Positions 1 through 9,072 of a DNA stretch of 64,000 nucleotides are shown one piece after another; position 1 is the first letter of the stretch; every line of letters starts with the position of its first letter. The stretch lies in assembly GCA_963595425.1 (NCBI GenBank), contig CAVBHN010000011.1:243-64242 (forward strand), written 5' to 3'. The translations under genes and the position numbers were made by a program. This DNA comes from Faecalibacterium sp. CAG:74. Its GTDB lineage: Bacteria; Bacillota; Clostridia; Lachnospirales; Lachnospiraceae. The notes under the pieces are model-generated. The model had not been told where the DNA came from and did no database searches. It saw only the letters and a program-made list of their open reading frames with translations.

Positions 1-2
1 TA

Positions 3-785
3 TGTGTTAAATACGAAGGAGCTGTACATATAGGCGGTGATCTTTCAATGACGGACCTACTTATAGGATTGTTCCATCATGGCTTAAATGTTAATCCTGA
101 GGATATTCGTATGCCTGACAGAGATCGTTTTATTTTGAGCAAAGGACATGGAGCGGTATGCATGTATATTGCTATGTGCCTTAGAGGCTTTTTTGATTAT
201 GACGAAATTGTCAGGACATATGGAAAATTAGACAGCGCATACGGAATGCATCCATGCAGAGTTCAGCTTCCGGCACTGGAATGTTCTTCGGGATCTTTGG
301 GACATGGACTTCCTATGGCTGTAGGAATGGCTTTTGCTGCAAAATCAAGGAAACAAAAGCACAGAGTCTTTTGCATGGTTGGTGATGGCGAATCATGTGA
401 AGGAAGTATATGGGAAGCAGCAATTGCAGCAAGATCCAAGGAGCTTGGAAATCTCATAGTTGTTGTAGACAGAAACAAGCAGATGATGTGCAGTCATACT
501 GAGGTGGTTACTGTATTGGATCCATATCCTGATAAATGGAAAGCATTTGGATGGAATGTAATTGAGATAGACGGACATGATATGGGACAGATAGTTGACG
601 CTCTTGACAATCTTCCTGCTTACGGCTCAAATCGGCCTACTGCTATAGTTGCCAATACTATAAAGGGAAAAGGTGTGGATTTTATGGAAAGAGTAATTGG
701 ATGGCATGCAGGAAGTTTAAATGAGGCAGATTATAAAAAAGCAATTGAAAGCATCTGCAGAGTATACGGAAGGGAGGCAGACTAA
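3..785 (+). CDS. Transketolase, N-terminal (TPP-binding) subunit; 5' end lies outside the window
   Basis: The frame stays open from nt 3 (CVKYEGAVHIGGDLS...) upstream of the tracked ATG at 48. SKGHGA and the GDGESCEGSIWEA thiamine-diphosphate motif are present. It abuts the C-terminal subunit gene. Confidence 0.85.
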   Translation, partial: CVKYEGAVHIGGDLSMTDLLIGLFHHGLNVNPEDIRMPDRDRFILSKGHGAVCMYIAMCLRGFFDYDEIVRTYGKLDSAYGMHPCRVQLPALECSSGSLGHGLPMAVGMAFAAKSRKQKHRVFCMVGDGESCEGSIWEAAIAARSKELGNLIVVVDRNKQMMCSHTEVVTVLDPYPDKWKAFGWNVIEIDGHDMGQIVDALDNLPAYGSNRPTAIVANTIKGKGVDFMERVIGWHAGSLNEADYKKAIESICRVYGREAD

Positions 786-1738
786 TGGCAGGATCATTTA
801 ATTTTGGTGAATGGATTTCAGCACGTTCGGTAATTGGATCTACTTTAGCTGAGATTGGAGCTGATAACGATAAGCTTTATGTATGTACTCCCGATGTTGC
901 AATGAGTCTTATAGAATTTAAGACAAAATTTCCGGAACGGTTCATCGATGTAGGAATTGCAGAACAAAATTGTATCGGTGTGGCAGCCGGAATAGCTCTG
1001 GAAGGAAATATTCCAGTAGTAATGGGAATGCTTCCGTTCCTTTCAATGCGCTCATGCGAACAGATTCGTACAGATGTATGCTATCAGAATCTTCCGGTTC
1101 GTATTATTGGAACCGGCGGCGGATTAACCTCAGGCGGCGGCTCAACTCACAATGCAATGGAAGACATAGCAATTCTTAAATCCATGGTTAATATGTGTGT
1201 TATATCTATAGGCGATCCTAATATGATTCGAGATATCCTTAAGCTTTCTATGTATTATGCAGGACCTATGTATATAAGACTCGCACAAGGAAAAAAGGAT
1301 AGAGTTATATATGAACCTGGCAGCAATGTATATAAGGTAGGAGGAAGCATAACAGCAAGAGATGGAAAAGATTTAACAGTAATAGCACATGGTGAAATGG
1401 TAGGCATGGCTCTTGATGTTGCTGAAGAATTATCTAAGGATGGTATAGATCTAAGAGTGATCGATATGTATTCCATCAAACCGTTCGATAAGGAAGCGGT
1501 AAATAAGGCAGTGGAAGAGACAAACGGAATAATTGTCTGGGAAGATCATTTGATGGAAGGCGGGCTTGCAAGTACGTTGTCAGATTATTTTATAGACAAT
1601 CAGATTTATCCAAAGCAGTTTAAACGTTTTGGAATCCCGCAGGTTTATGCAGGCTTTGGTGCCGGATTTGAGCAGCAGAAAAAATATGGATATGCGGAAA
1701 AAGATATAATTGCGTGTGCAAAAGAAATGATGAAGTGA
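785..1738 (+). CDS. Transketolase, C-terminal (pyrimidine-binding/C-terminal domain) subunit
   Basis: 317 aa with IDVGIAEQN and the typical split-transketolase B-subunit layout. Its ATG overlaps the stop of the upstream subunit by one nt (TAATG). Confidence 0.85.
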   Translation: MAGSFNFGEWISARSVIGSTLAEIGADNDKLYVCTPDVAMSLIEFKTKFPERFIDVGIAEQNCIGVAAGIALEGNIPVVMGMLPFLSMRSCEQIRTDVCYQNLPVRIIGTGGGLTSGGGSTHNAMEDIAILKSMVNMCVISIGDPNMIRDILKLSMYYAGPMYIRLAQGKKDRVIYEPGSNVYKVGGSITARDGKDLTVIAHGEMVGMALDVAEELSKDGIDLRVIDMYSIKPFDKEAVNKAVEETNGIIVWEDHLMEGGLASTLSDYFIDNQIYPKQFKRFGIPQVYAGFGAGFEQQKKYGYAEKDIIACAKEMMK

Positions 1739-1757
1739 TAGATGAAAGGAGAATAGT

Positions 1758-3146
1758 ATGGGTAAACAAACAAATACAGCACCCGTAGATGAGTTTACAA
1801 AGCTTAATCTTCCAAAAAAATTAGGTTATGCGTGTGGTGATTTTGCCTGTAATATGAGTTGGACCCTGGTAGGTTCTTATCTTGTATTTTTCCTGACTGA
1901 TATAGCACTTATTCCCGGAACAATAGTAGGCCTGGTTATTTTTCTTTCGAAATTTTGGGATGCGGTAAATGATCCGATTGTCGGATATCTTGCGGATCAT
2001 ACCAACAGCCGTTGGGGAAGATATAGGCCATGGATCATATTCTCATTTGTTCCGATGCTCATTTTTAATGTTTTGACATTTACAACAAATCCTGACTGGA
2101 GCGTGACAATGCGTACTGTATGGGGACTTGGTATGTATTTTATACTGGTGCTTCTCTATACGATGGTAAATGTAACATATTCTGCAATGCCGGCTCTTAT
2201 GACGAGAGATACGGAAACAAGAAGCAGTCTTTCGGGCTTCCGTATGACAGGTGCATTCCTTGCAATGGTTGTCCTTTCATTTTTGACACTTCGTGTCGTT
2301 AATTATTTTGGCGGCGGTGCAGCAGGATACAGAAATGCAGCTATTGTATTTTCATTGATAGCAGTTCCATTTTTTATCATTACAATTGTTTCAACCAAAG
2401 AAGTTGTTACTATTGATAACAGCAAGAATAAAAAGGTGAATTTCATTAAACAGTTTGCAGTGCTTAAGGGCAATTGGCCTGTAATCCTTATTGCTATAAG
2501 CTATTTGGGATGGGGAGTTATTCAGGGTGGAATGACATTCCGTTTGTATTATTGTACCTACAATGCAGGAAATGAGCTTCTTTATGCAAATACTCAGACA
2601 CTTTGGTCAGTAATGGGAATGATAGGTGCCTTTTCGGTTACATATCTAGTTAAAAAATTCAATAACAAGGGAACATTAGCAGGAATCGCTTTTCTCATCA
2701 TTGCACTGGGATCGATTGTTTCATTTTTCCTTCCGATTGAGGAAGGATGGGCACAGGGAGTTTATTATGTAATGCAGGCACTGGTAGGTCTTGGAACCGG
2801 ACTTATGCTCGGAAATGTATTCGGAATGATGCCTGATACCGCAGAGTATACATATGATAAAACAGGAGTATATGCAGCAGGATTTATTTCGACATTTATC
2901 AATTTTATGTTGAAGGTAGGACAGGCAGTAGCAATTTCGGGAGCAGCACTTTTGCTTGATAAGATAGGATACGTGCCGGGAGAGGCACAAAGCGGAAATG
3001 TATTGTTCACAATGAATTTTGGTTCTCATATGTTTATCGGAATAATTTGCATAATATGTGCGATTTGTATGTTTGCATATAAGCTCGATAAGAAAACGTA
3101 TAATGAGATCGTTGCCAGACTTAAAGAAAAAGGAATGGCTAATTAA
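1758..3146 (+). CDS. GPH-family (glycoside-pentoside-hexuronide):cation symporter, MFS superfamily
   Basis: 462 aa with about 12 predicted TM segments. Carries the GPH signature DAVNDPIVGYLADHTNSRWGRYRPWI. Confidence 0.8.
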   Translation: MGKQTNTAPVDEFTKLNLPKKLGYACGDFACNMSWTLVGSYLVFFLTDIALIPGTIVGLVIFLSKFWDAVNDPIVGYLADHTNSRWGRYRPWIIFSFVPMLIFNVLTFTTNPDWSVTMRTVWGLGMYFILVLLYTMVNVTYSAMPALMTRDTETRSSLSGFRMTGAFLAMVVLSFLTLRVVNYFGGGAAGYRNAAIVFSLIAVPFFIITIVSTKEVVTIDNSKNKKVNFIKQFAVLKGNWPVILIAISYLGWGVIQGGMTFRLYYCTYNAGNELLYANTQTLWSVMGMIGAFSVTYLVKKFNNKGTLAGIAFLIIALGSIVSFFLPIEEGWAQGVYYVMQALVGLGTGLMLGNVFGMMPDTAEYTYDKTGVYAAGFISTFINFMLKVGQAVAISGAALLLDKIGYVPGEAQSGNVLFTMNFGSHMFIGIICIICAICMFAYKLDKKTYNEIVARLKEKGMAN

Positions 3147-3158
3147 TGGAGGGATGAT

Positions 3159-4178
3159 ATGGCAACAATGAAACAGCTTTGGTGGACCAAAGGAAGAGAA
3201 ATAGAATTAAAGGACGTAGAAATTCCTGAGGTTAAGAAAAATGAAGTTAAAGTAAAAATCGCATATGCCGCGATATGTGCAAGTGATGTACATCAGGTAG
3301 AACAGAATGTTATGGGAGCACAGCCTCCGGCTCCGTTGGGACATGAGGCCTCGGGAACCATTGTAGAAATTGGAGAAGAGGCGAAGGCTGCAGGCTATAA
3401 GATAGGAGATAAGGTAACTATGTTCCCTGTATCACATTGCGGACAGTGTGAAAATTGTAAAAAGGGACTTCAGCAATATTGTACAAATGCGAAGGCAACA
3501 GGCGCATTTGCGGAATATGTAGTAACAGATGTAAAGACAATATATAAAATACCTGATGATGCTGATCTTATGAAATATGCGATTGTTGAGCCGACTAATT
3601 GCTGTCTCAGAGCAATGGACCTGGCTCCGATATCGCATGGAGCAAATGTAGCTATTGCAGGAGTGGGTGGCATCGGTTCAATAATGCTTAATCTGATTAT
3701 ACTATCAGGAGCAGCCAATATTACCGTAATAGATCCGGTTCCCGAGAAACGGCAGATGGCACTTGAAATGGGTGCAAAATATGTTATTGATCCTTTTAAT
3801 GAGGATGTTGTTGCAAAGGCTATGGAAATAACAGGCGGAAATGGATTTGATCAGGTGTTTGAGATGTCAGGCTCTACTAAGTCGGCACTTACACCTATAA
3901 ATATACTTGCACGATGCGGAACAGCAGTTTATTTCGCTGTATTTCCTCCGACATTTGAAATGCCGCTTAATCTTCATACGCTTTATATGAAGGAAGGACG
4001 GATTCAAACAGTATTTACATCACCTGAAATAATGCACAGATCTATAAATATGATCGATCGTATGCAGACAGATAAAATAATAGGAAAGATAATGCCGCTT
4101 TCACAGGCTGTAGAAAGCTTTGAGGTATTCCATACATCTAAGTATTGTAAGATATTGCTTGATTGCAGTAAACCTTGA
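3159..4178 (+). CDS. Zinc-dependent medium-chain alcohol/polyol dehydrogenase (sorbitol/threonine dehydrogenase-like)
   Basis: GHEASGTIVEIG catalytic-Zn motif, CGQCENCKKG structural-Zn cysteines, and IAGVGGIGS Rossmann motif. Confidence 0.8.
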   Translation: MATMKQLWWTKGREIELKDVEIPEVKKNEVKVKIAYAAICASDVHQVEQNVMGAQPPAPLGHEASGTIVEIGEEAKAAGYKIGDKVTMFPVSHCGQCENCKKGLQQYCTNAKATGAFAEYVVTDVKTIYKIPDDADLMKYAIVEPTNCCLRAMDLAPISHGANVAIAGVGGIGSIMLNLIILSGAANITVIDPVPEKRQMALEMGAKYVIDPFNEDVVAKAMEITGGNGFDQVFEMSGSTKSALTPINILARCGTAVYFAVFPPTFEMPLNLHTLYMKEGRIQTVFTSPEIMHRSINMIDRMQTDKIIGKIMPLSQAVESFEVFHTSKYCKILLDCSKP

Positions 4179-4228
4179 AGTAAGAGCTGTTATAAAAGCC
4201 TTGTGCCGGTATCATAAAAAAGCTTTAT

Positions 4229-4295
4229 AAAAGTGTAGTTGATATTCTGTTACCGTAATTACGGTAGGTAATACAGGATTATCAGCTGCACTTTT
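4229..4295 (+). other. Long imperfect hairpin (about 22-bp arms around the perfect palindrome TACCGTAATTACGGTA); possible terminator or processing stem downstream of the dehydrogenase gene
   Basis: AAAAGTGTAGTTGATATTCTGT ... ACAGGATTATCAGCTGCACTTTT pair with two T:G wobbles, which are allowed only in a + strand RNA. No adjacent U-tract. Confidence 0.35.
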
Positions 4296-4373
4296 AGGCA
4301 TATAAATATCTTTGAATTAAAAGCCTGAAGATAAACATAATAACGCAGTCAATACGTGAGGAAAGGGGACTAT

Positions 4374-4829
4374 ATGAATAAAAAACAGGAAAAAAGAATA
4401 TCGGAACTTGAAAAGCAAAGAAAGGTAGGAGAAAAAAGAGTATATATTCCTAATATAAGCGGATTAAAATATATAGTGCTGTTTTTGGTTGTTGCAGCGG
4501 TGTCATTTGTTCTCGGAAGAATTTTTACAAGCCAATTGGCAGTTTTAATGTTTACAAATATCTTTTCAATGATAATGGTTGTTTATTTAGCTAAGGTATT
4601 GATCTATACGCAGGAATCATGCGTGCTTATAACGAATAAGCGCATTTACGGAAAAGCAGGACAGAAGGATTTTAATATTTTTTATTATAATATTAAAAAC
4701 GTATATAATTATAAAAAGGGAATACTTATAGATACTGAAAATGAACATGAAAGCATATTCCTGCGCTATCTGACAAATAAAGAAGAAACATATAATGCAT
4801 TGGTTGATTGTATAAATAAGAAGAGGTGA
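4374..4829 (+). CDS. Hypothetical membrane protein, two TM helices plus a bacterial PH-like C-terminal domain
   Basis: The ATG at 4374 follows GGAAAGGGG. There is a hydrophobic pair (YIVLFLVVAAVSFVL, IFSMIMVVYLAKVLIY), then LITNKRIYGK..., which resembles membrane-anchored PH (DUF304-like) proteins. The family call is tentative. Confidence 0.45.
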   Translation: MNKKQEKRISELEKQRKVGEKRVYIPNISGLKYIVLFLVVAAVSFVLGRIFTSQLAVLMFTNIFSMIMVVYLAKVLIYTQESCVLITNKRIYGKAGQKDFNIFYYNIKNVYNYKKGILIDTENEHESIFLRYLTNKEETYNALVDCINKKR

Positions 4830-4835
4830 TTTCTT

Positions 4836-5085
4836 TGATCGATTTGATAAAAAAACGCATTAGTCCGTACTATTACAATAATTGTGCCGAATTAAATATA
4901 GGAAGATATTCGATAAGAGTAAGCTATGCAAAAATTATCTTGCAAATTCAGATTATTCAATAGATGAAATATCTGAAAGCGTAGGCTTTGCATCTTCGAA
5001 TGTTTTATACAGATTATTAAAAAACAGTGAAGGAATTACTCCTCTGGAATATCGTATAAAATGCAGACAGCAAAAAAATGAGTAA
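4836..5085 (+). pseudogene. AraC/XylS-family DNA-binding-domain remnant, frameshifted with no sensor domain
   Basis: The 4882-5085 frame gives the second HTH (SIDEISESVGFASSNVLYRLLKNSEGITPLEYR). The first-HTH-like residues (LIDLIKKRI...CAELNIGRYS) sit in a different frame from 4836. In-frame stops (TAG 4861, TAA 4879) lie directly upstream of the TTG start. Confidence 0.5.
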
Positions 5086-5158
5086 TATTTTTTGAAATTA
5101 ATATTATTGTGTGATAGAGTATAGCTGTTTAGAACAAATTTTCAAGGGAGAGCGCCAT

Positions 5159-5320
5159 ATGAAAAAGTGGATATTGATCGATTTACTGGTTATTGTTTCT
5201 TCGATTTTGAATTTAGTAAAGAAAAATAAATTTACAAGGCTTCTGTCTATTGTATCAAGCCTGATATGTATCTACAGTATATTTAAAACAGTGAAAAAAC
5301 TGATCGCAAAAGGAAAATAA
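5159..5320 (+). CDS. Small hypothetical membrane protein (53 aa)
   Basis: The ATG at 5159 is preceded by AGGGAGAG. Two hydrophobic segments (WILIDLLVIVSSIL, LLSIVSSLICIYSIF). No recognisable family. Confidence 0.35.
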   Translation: MKKWILIDLLVIVSSILNLVKKNKFTRLLSIVSSLICIYSIFKTVKKLIAKGK

Positions 5321-5322
5321 CA

Positions 5323-7551
5323 ATGGATTTTTCTTCATTATTAAATGATAAGCAGATTGAGGCGGTAATGCATACAGAGGGACCGCTTTTGATAATTGCC
5401 GGAGCCGGCTCCGGCAAAACAAGAGTACTTACTTACAGGATATCATATCTTATTAATGAGAAAAAAATAAATCCATGGAATATCATGGCTATAACCTTCA
5501 CTAATAAGGCAGCAAATGAAATGCGTGACAGGGTAAATGCTATCGTCGGATCCGGTGCCGAGGAGGTTTGGGTGTCTACATTTCACTCATCCTGTGCACG
5601 TATTTTAAGAAGATATATAGACAGGATAGGATATTCTAACAGCTTTTCCATATATGATACAGATGATTCGAGGGCAGTTATCAAGGATGTGATATCAGAG
5701 ATGAATGTTGATATCAAGAGATTTTCGCCAAAAAGGATGCAATATATTATTTCATCATCAAAAAATAAGCTGTATACCTCAGAAGAGATGCTTAATGATG
5801 CAGCTAGTCATGATGATAAGATAATTGCCGCAATATATGAGGAATATGAAAAAAAACTCTTTAAAAACAATGCCCTTGATTTTGATGATCTGCTTATAAA
5901 GACGGTGGAGCTTTTTAAGAAGGCACCGGAGGTGCTTTATAATTATCAGAACAGATTCCGTTATATCATGGTTGATGAGTATCAGGATACAAATAAAATA
6001 CAGTTCGAATTTATAGATCTGCTTGCCAGGGAAAATAAAAATCTCTGTGTAGTCGGTGATGATGACCAGTCGATTTATAAATTCAGAGGTGCGGATATTC
6101 ACAATATTCTTGATTTTGAAAAGAGCTTTCCGAATGCAAAAATCGTAAAGCTTGAACAAAATTACAGATCAACAGGCAATATTTTAAAGGGAGCAAATTC
6201 TGTTATTGCAAAAAATTCTCAGAGAAAGTCAAAAACGCTGTGGACTGCATCACAGGACGGGCATCCGATCGTAAAGAGGGTTTTTCAAACAGCCTATGAT
6301 GAAGCAAGAAGTATTGTAAGAGATATATCAAAAAAAGCAGTATCACAAAGATATAACCAGTTCGCTATATTGTATCGGACAAATGCTCAGTCACGTCTTT
6401 TTGAGGAGCAGCTTGTTTACAATAATATTCCATATAGGATAGTCGGAGGGGTAAACTTTTATTCAAGAAAAGAGATAAAGGATATCCTTGCTTATCTTAA
6501 AACTATAGATAACGGATATGATGAGCTTGCCATCAAACGTATCATTAATATTCCAAAAAGAGGTATCGGAAGCAAGAGCCTGGAAAGGATAAGCAATTAT
6601 GCTGCTCTGAATGATATCACATTCTTTGAGGCATGCTGCAGAGCAGAAGCTGTGCCCGGAATAGGCAAGGCAGCAGCTAAAATAACCAAGTTTACGGAAT
6701 TTATTAAGAAAAATAAAAGCCTGTCTTCAGAGCTTAACCTGGTTGACTTTATAAAAAAGCTTTTAGATGATACGCAATATATTGAGATGCTTAAGTCAGA
6801 TGGGAGCGAGGAGTCCCTTGAAAGAATTACGAATATCGGTGAACTTTTGACTAAGGCTGAAAGCTATGCGGATTCAACCGAGAACCCATCTCTTAGCGGA
6901 TTTTTGCAGGATGTAGCTCTTGTTGCCGATATTGATTCGTTAGATGATAATGCAGACAGGGTATTCCTTATGACATGTCACAGCGCAAAGGGTCTTGAAT
7001 TTGACAATGTATATCTTGTAGGTATGGAGAATGGACTTTTTCCAAGCTTTACATCTCTTTTTGACAGCGATGATACAGAGCTTGAAGAGGAACGACGTTT
7101 ATTTTATGTCGGAATGACCAGAGCCAGAAGGACGCTGACACTAACAGCTGCAAAAATGAGAATGATAAGAGGTGAAGCCGAGTTTCATAAGGAGTCTGTT
7201 TTTCTGGAGGAAATTGATTCTGAATGCATGGAAGACAAAAGCGACTGGGAAATGAGAGAGAACAGGAAGCAATCATCCTATGACGAACAGACTGAGCTTA
7301 AGGCTCCGATCAAAAAGGTGCAGGAGACCAAGCCATATGCAAAGGTATTTGATCTTAATGCCTTTAAACCGGTCAAGCCACAGGGTCTTGACTATGCCGA
7401 AGGCGATACAGTAAATCACAAAAAATTCGGTATAGGAAGGGTACTTCAGATAAAGGAAACTCCGAAGGATTTTGAGGTGACTGTCGAATTTGATAAATAC
7501 GGGATTAAAAGAATGTTTGCTGCCTTTGCAAAGCTTACTAAGGTCCAATAA
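5323..7551 (+). CDS. pcrA: ATP-dependent DNA helicase PcrA (UvrD/Rep SF1A family)
   Basis: Walker A AGAGSGKTRVLT, the DEYQDT motif, and a C-terminal Tudor-like tail (HKKFGIGRVL). 742 aa. Confidence 0.9.
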   Translation: MDFSSLLNDKQIEAVMHTEGPLLIIAGAGSGKTRVLTYRISYLINEKKINPWNIMAITFTNKAANEMRDRVNAIVGSGAEEVWVSTFHSSCARILRRYIDRIGYSNSFSIYDTDDSRAVIKDVISEMNVDIKRFSPKRMQYIISSSKNKLYTSEEMLNDAASHDDKIIAAIYEEYEKKLFKNNALDFDDLLIKTVELFKKAPEVLYNYQNRFRYIMVDEYQDTNKIQFEFIDLLARENKNLCVVGDDDQSIYKFRGADIHNILDFEKSFPNAKIVKLEQNYRSTGNILKGANSVIAKNSQRKSKTLWTASQDGHPIVKRVFQTAYDEARSIVRDISKKAVSQRYNQFAILYRTNAQSRLFEEQLVYNNIPYRIVGGVNFYSRKEIKDILAYLKTIDNGYDELAIKRIINIPKRGIGSKSLERISNYAALNDITFFEACCRAEAVPGIGKAAAKITKFTEFIKKNKSLSSELNLVDFIKKLLDDTQYIEMLKSDGSEESLERITNIGELLTKAESYADSTENPSLSGFLQDVALVADIDSLDDNADRVFLMTCHSAKGLEFDNVYLVGMENGLFPSFTSLFDSDDTELEEERRLFYVGMTRARRTLTLTAAKMRMIRGEAEFHKESVFLEEIDSECMEDKSDWEMRENRKQSSYDEQTELKAPIKKVQETKPYAKVFDLNAFKPVKPQGLDYAEGDTVNHKKFGIGRVLQIKETPKDFEVTVEFDKYGIKRMFAAFAKLTKVQ

Positions 7552-7691
7552 GTATGAATAGAGGTAACTCTTTTCAGATGCCGGCATTATATATTTTACA
7601 TATCATAAAAAAAATGATAGAATAACAAAGCATATGCGAAGGCATTGCCGAAATATGATTTTAAATAATTTTTATAAAGGAAGGAACACAA

Positions 7692-8198
7692 ATGAGTTTA
7701 TTAACAGATTGGAGAGAAAAAGCATATGATCAAAACGCAGATCAGAATGCGATAAATAAATTATGGCAGGAGTATTTTCTTAAAGAAAAGGAAATTTATA
7801 TTCAGTTATTATCCAATCCGGATGAAGAGGTTAAGGGAACTGTTTCTGAACTTGCTGCAAAATACAACATGGATATAATGCAGATGACAGGATTCCTTGA
7901 TGGTATAGATGAAAGCCTTGTTACACCTAACAATATCGAGGAAATGGATGAAAATACAGTTGTAAGCCTTAAGTTTGACAAAACAAAGCTCTACAAAAAC
8001 ATGGTAGGCGCAAAGGCAGAATGGCTGTATAAGCTTCCGCAGTGGGATGCTATCTTTACAAAGGATGAGCAGAAGGCTCTTTATTTAGAAGAAAAAAAAT
8101 CAGGAACTATCGTCAAGGGACAAAAGATTGGAAGAAATGATCCATGTCCTTGCGGCAGCGGTAAAAAATATAAAAAATGCTGTGGTAAAAATGCCTGA
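7692..8198 (+). CDS. SEC-C metal-binding motif protein of unknown function
   Basis: C-terminal [24 protein letters not shown] zinc motif. The N-terminal 140 aa are not recognisable. Confidence 0.7.
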   Translation: MSLLTDWREKAYDQNADQNAINKLWQEYFLKEKEIYIQLLSNPDEEVKGTVSELAAKYNMDIMQMTGFLDGIDESLVTPNNIEEMDENTVVSLKFDKTKLYKNMVGAKAEWLYKLPQWDAIFTKDEQKALYLEEKKSGTIVKGQKIGRNDPCPCGSGKKYKKCCGKNA

Positions 8199-8289
8199 CT
8201 TTAACTCAATCAGAGAAAAATCCTGTCCCTAGGTGTATTTGATTTGAACATGGGATAGGATAAGTCTTGATATAGCAAAGAGGAGGTTT

Positions 8290-9072
8290 ATGATTCTTGC
8301 GGTTGATATCGGAAACAGTTGCATCACAATAGGCGGAGTATCTGCAAATAAGATAGAATTTATAGAGCATATTTCTACCGAAAAATCCAGAACAGCCTTA
8401 GAATATGCAGTAAGCATAAAAAGTGTTTTGGATATAAATAACAGCTCGGCAGTTGACATTGACGGAGCTATCATTTCATCTGTAGTGCCGCAGCTTACTG
8501 CTGTGGTTAAGCTTGCGATAGAGAAGCTTTACGGTGTAAGCTCTATGGTAGTGGGTCCGGGATTGAAAACCGGATTAAATATCAGGATAGATGATCCGGC
8601 TCAGCTTGGAAGCGATCTTTTGGTGGATTCTGTTGCTGCTTTGTCAGAACACAAGGCACCGCTTATAGTTATTGATATGGGTACAGCTATGTCATTTTGT
8701 GTTATTGATTCCAAGAATCAGTATATCGGAGGAATGATAGCTCCCGGAGTACGTACATCGCTTGATTCACTTGTTTCAAATACCTCTTTGCTTCAGCAGA
8801 TTGAACTGGAACCACCCAAAAATATAATAGGCCGAAATACAATTGACTGTATGAAAAGCGGAATTATATATGGCTATGCCGGCTTTATAGATGGCTTGCT
8901 GGAACAAATAGAGCTTCAGCTAAAGGCTAAATGCACTATAATTGCGACCGGAGGACCGGCACAGGCTGTAATACCATTCTGTAAGCATGAAATTTTAATA
9001 GATAATGATCTTATGATTAAAGGACTTAAAGTCATATATTGCAAAAATCATAAAGCATCTATGGAGAATTAA
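8290..9072 (+). CDS. coaX: Type III pantothenate kinase
   Basis: ILAVDIGNS N-terminal ASKHA motif, VIDMGTA and ATGG motifs. 260 aa, the typical CoaX size. Confidence 0.85.
   Translation: MILAVDIGNSCITIGGVSANKIEFIEHISTEKSRTALEYAVSIKSVLDINNSSAVDIDGAIISSVVPQLTAVVKLAIEKLYGVSSMVVGPGLKTGLNIRIDDPAQLGSDLLVDSVAALSEHKAPLIVIDMGTAMSFCVIDSKNQYIGGMIAPGVRTSLDSLVSNTSLLQQIELEPPKNIIGRNTIDCMKSGIIYGYAGFIDGLLEQIELQLKAKCTIIATGGPAQAVIPFCKHEILIDNDLMIKGLKVIYCKNHKASMEN

Noticed and set aside
5125-5145. LexA (Cheo-type) box before pcrA: GAACAAATTTTC
   Set aside because: Only the GAAC half-site is present and the second half is TTTC rather than GTTC. It also lies inside the tracked frame of the small ORF. Likely chance.
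5779-6159. 126-aa ORF antisense to pcrA
   Set aside because: A shadow ORF inside the helicase motif region. Ile/Lys/Phe-rich, as expected from AT-rich antisense.
8199-8289. CtsR operator upstream of coaX-clpC
   Set aside because: No GGTCAAA-type tandem heptad repeat is present in the spacer.
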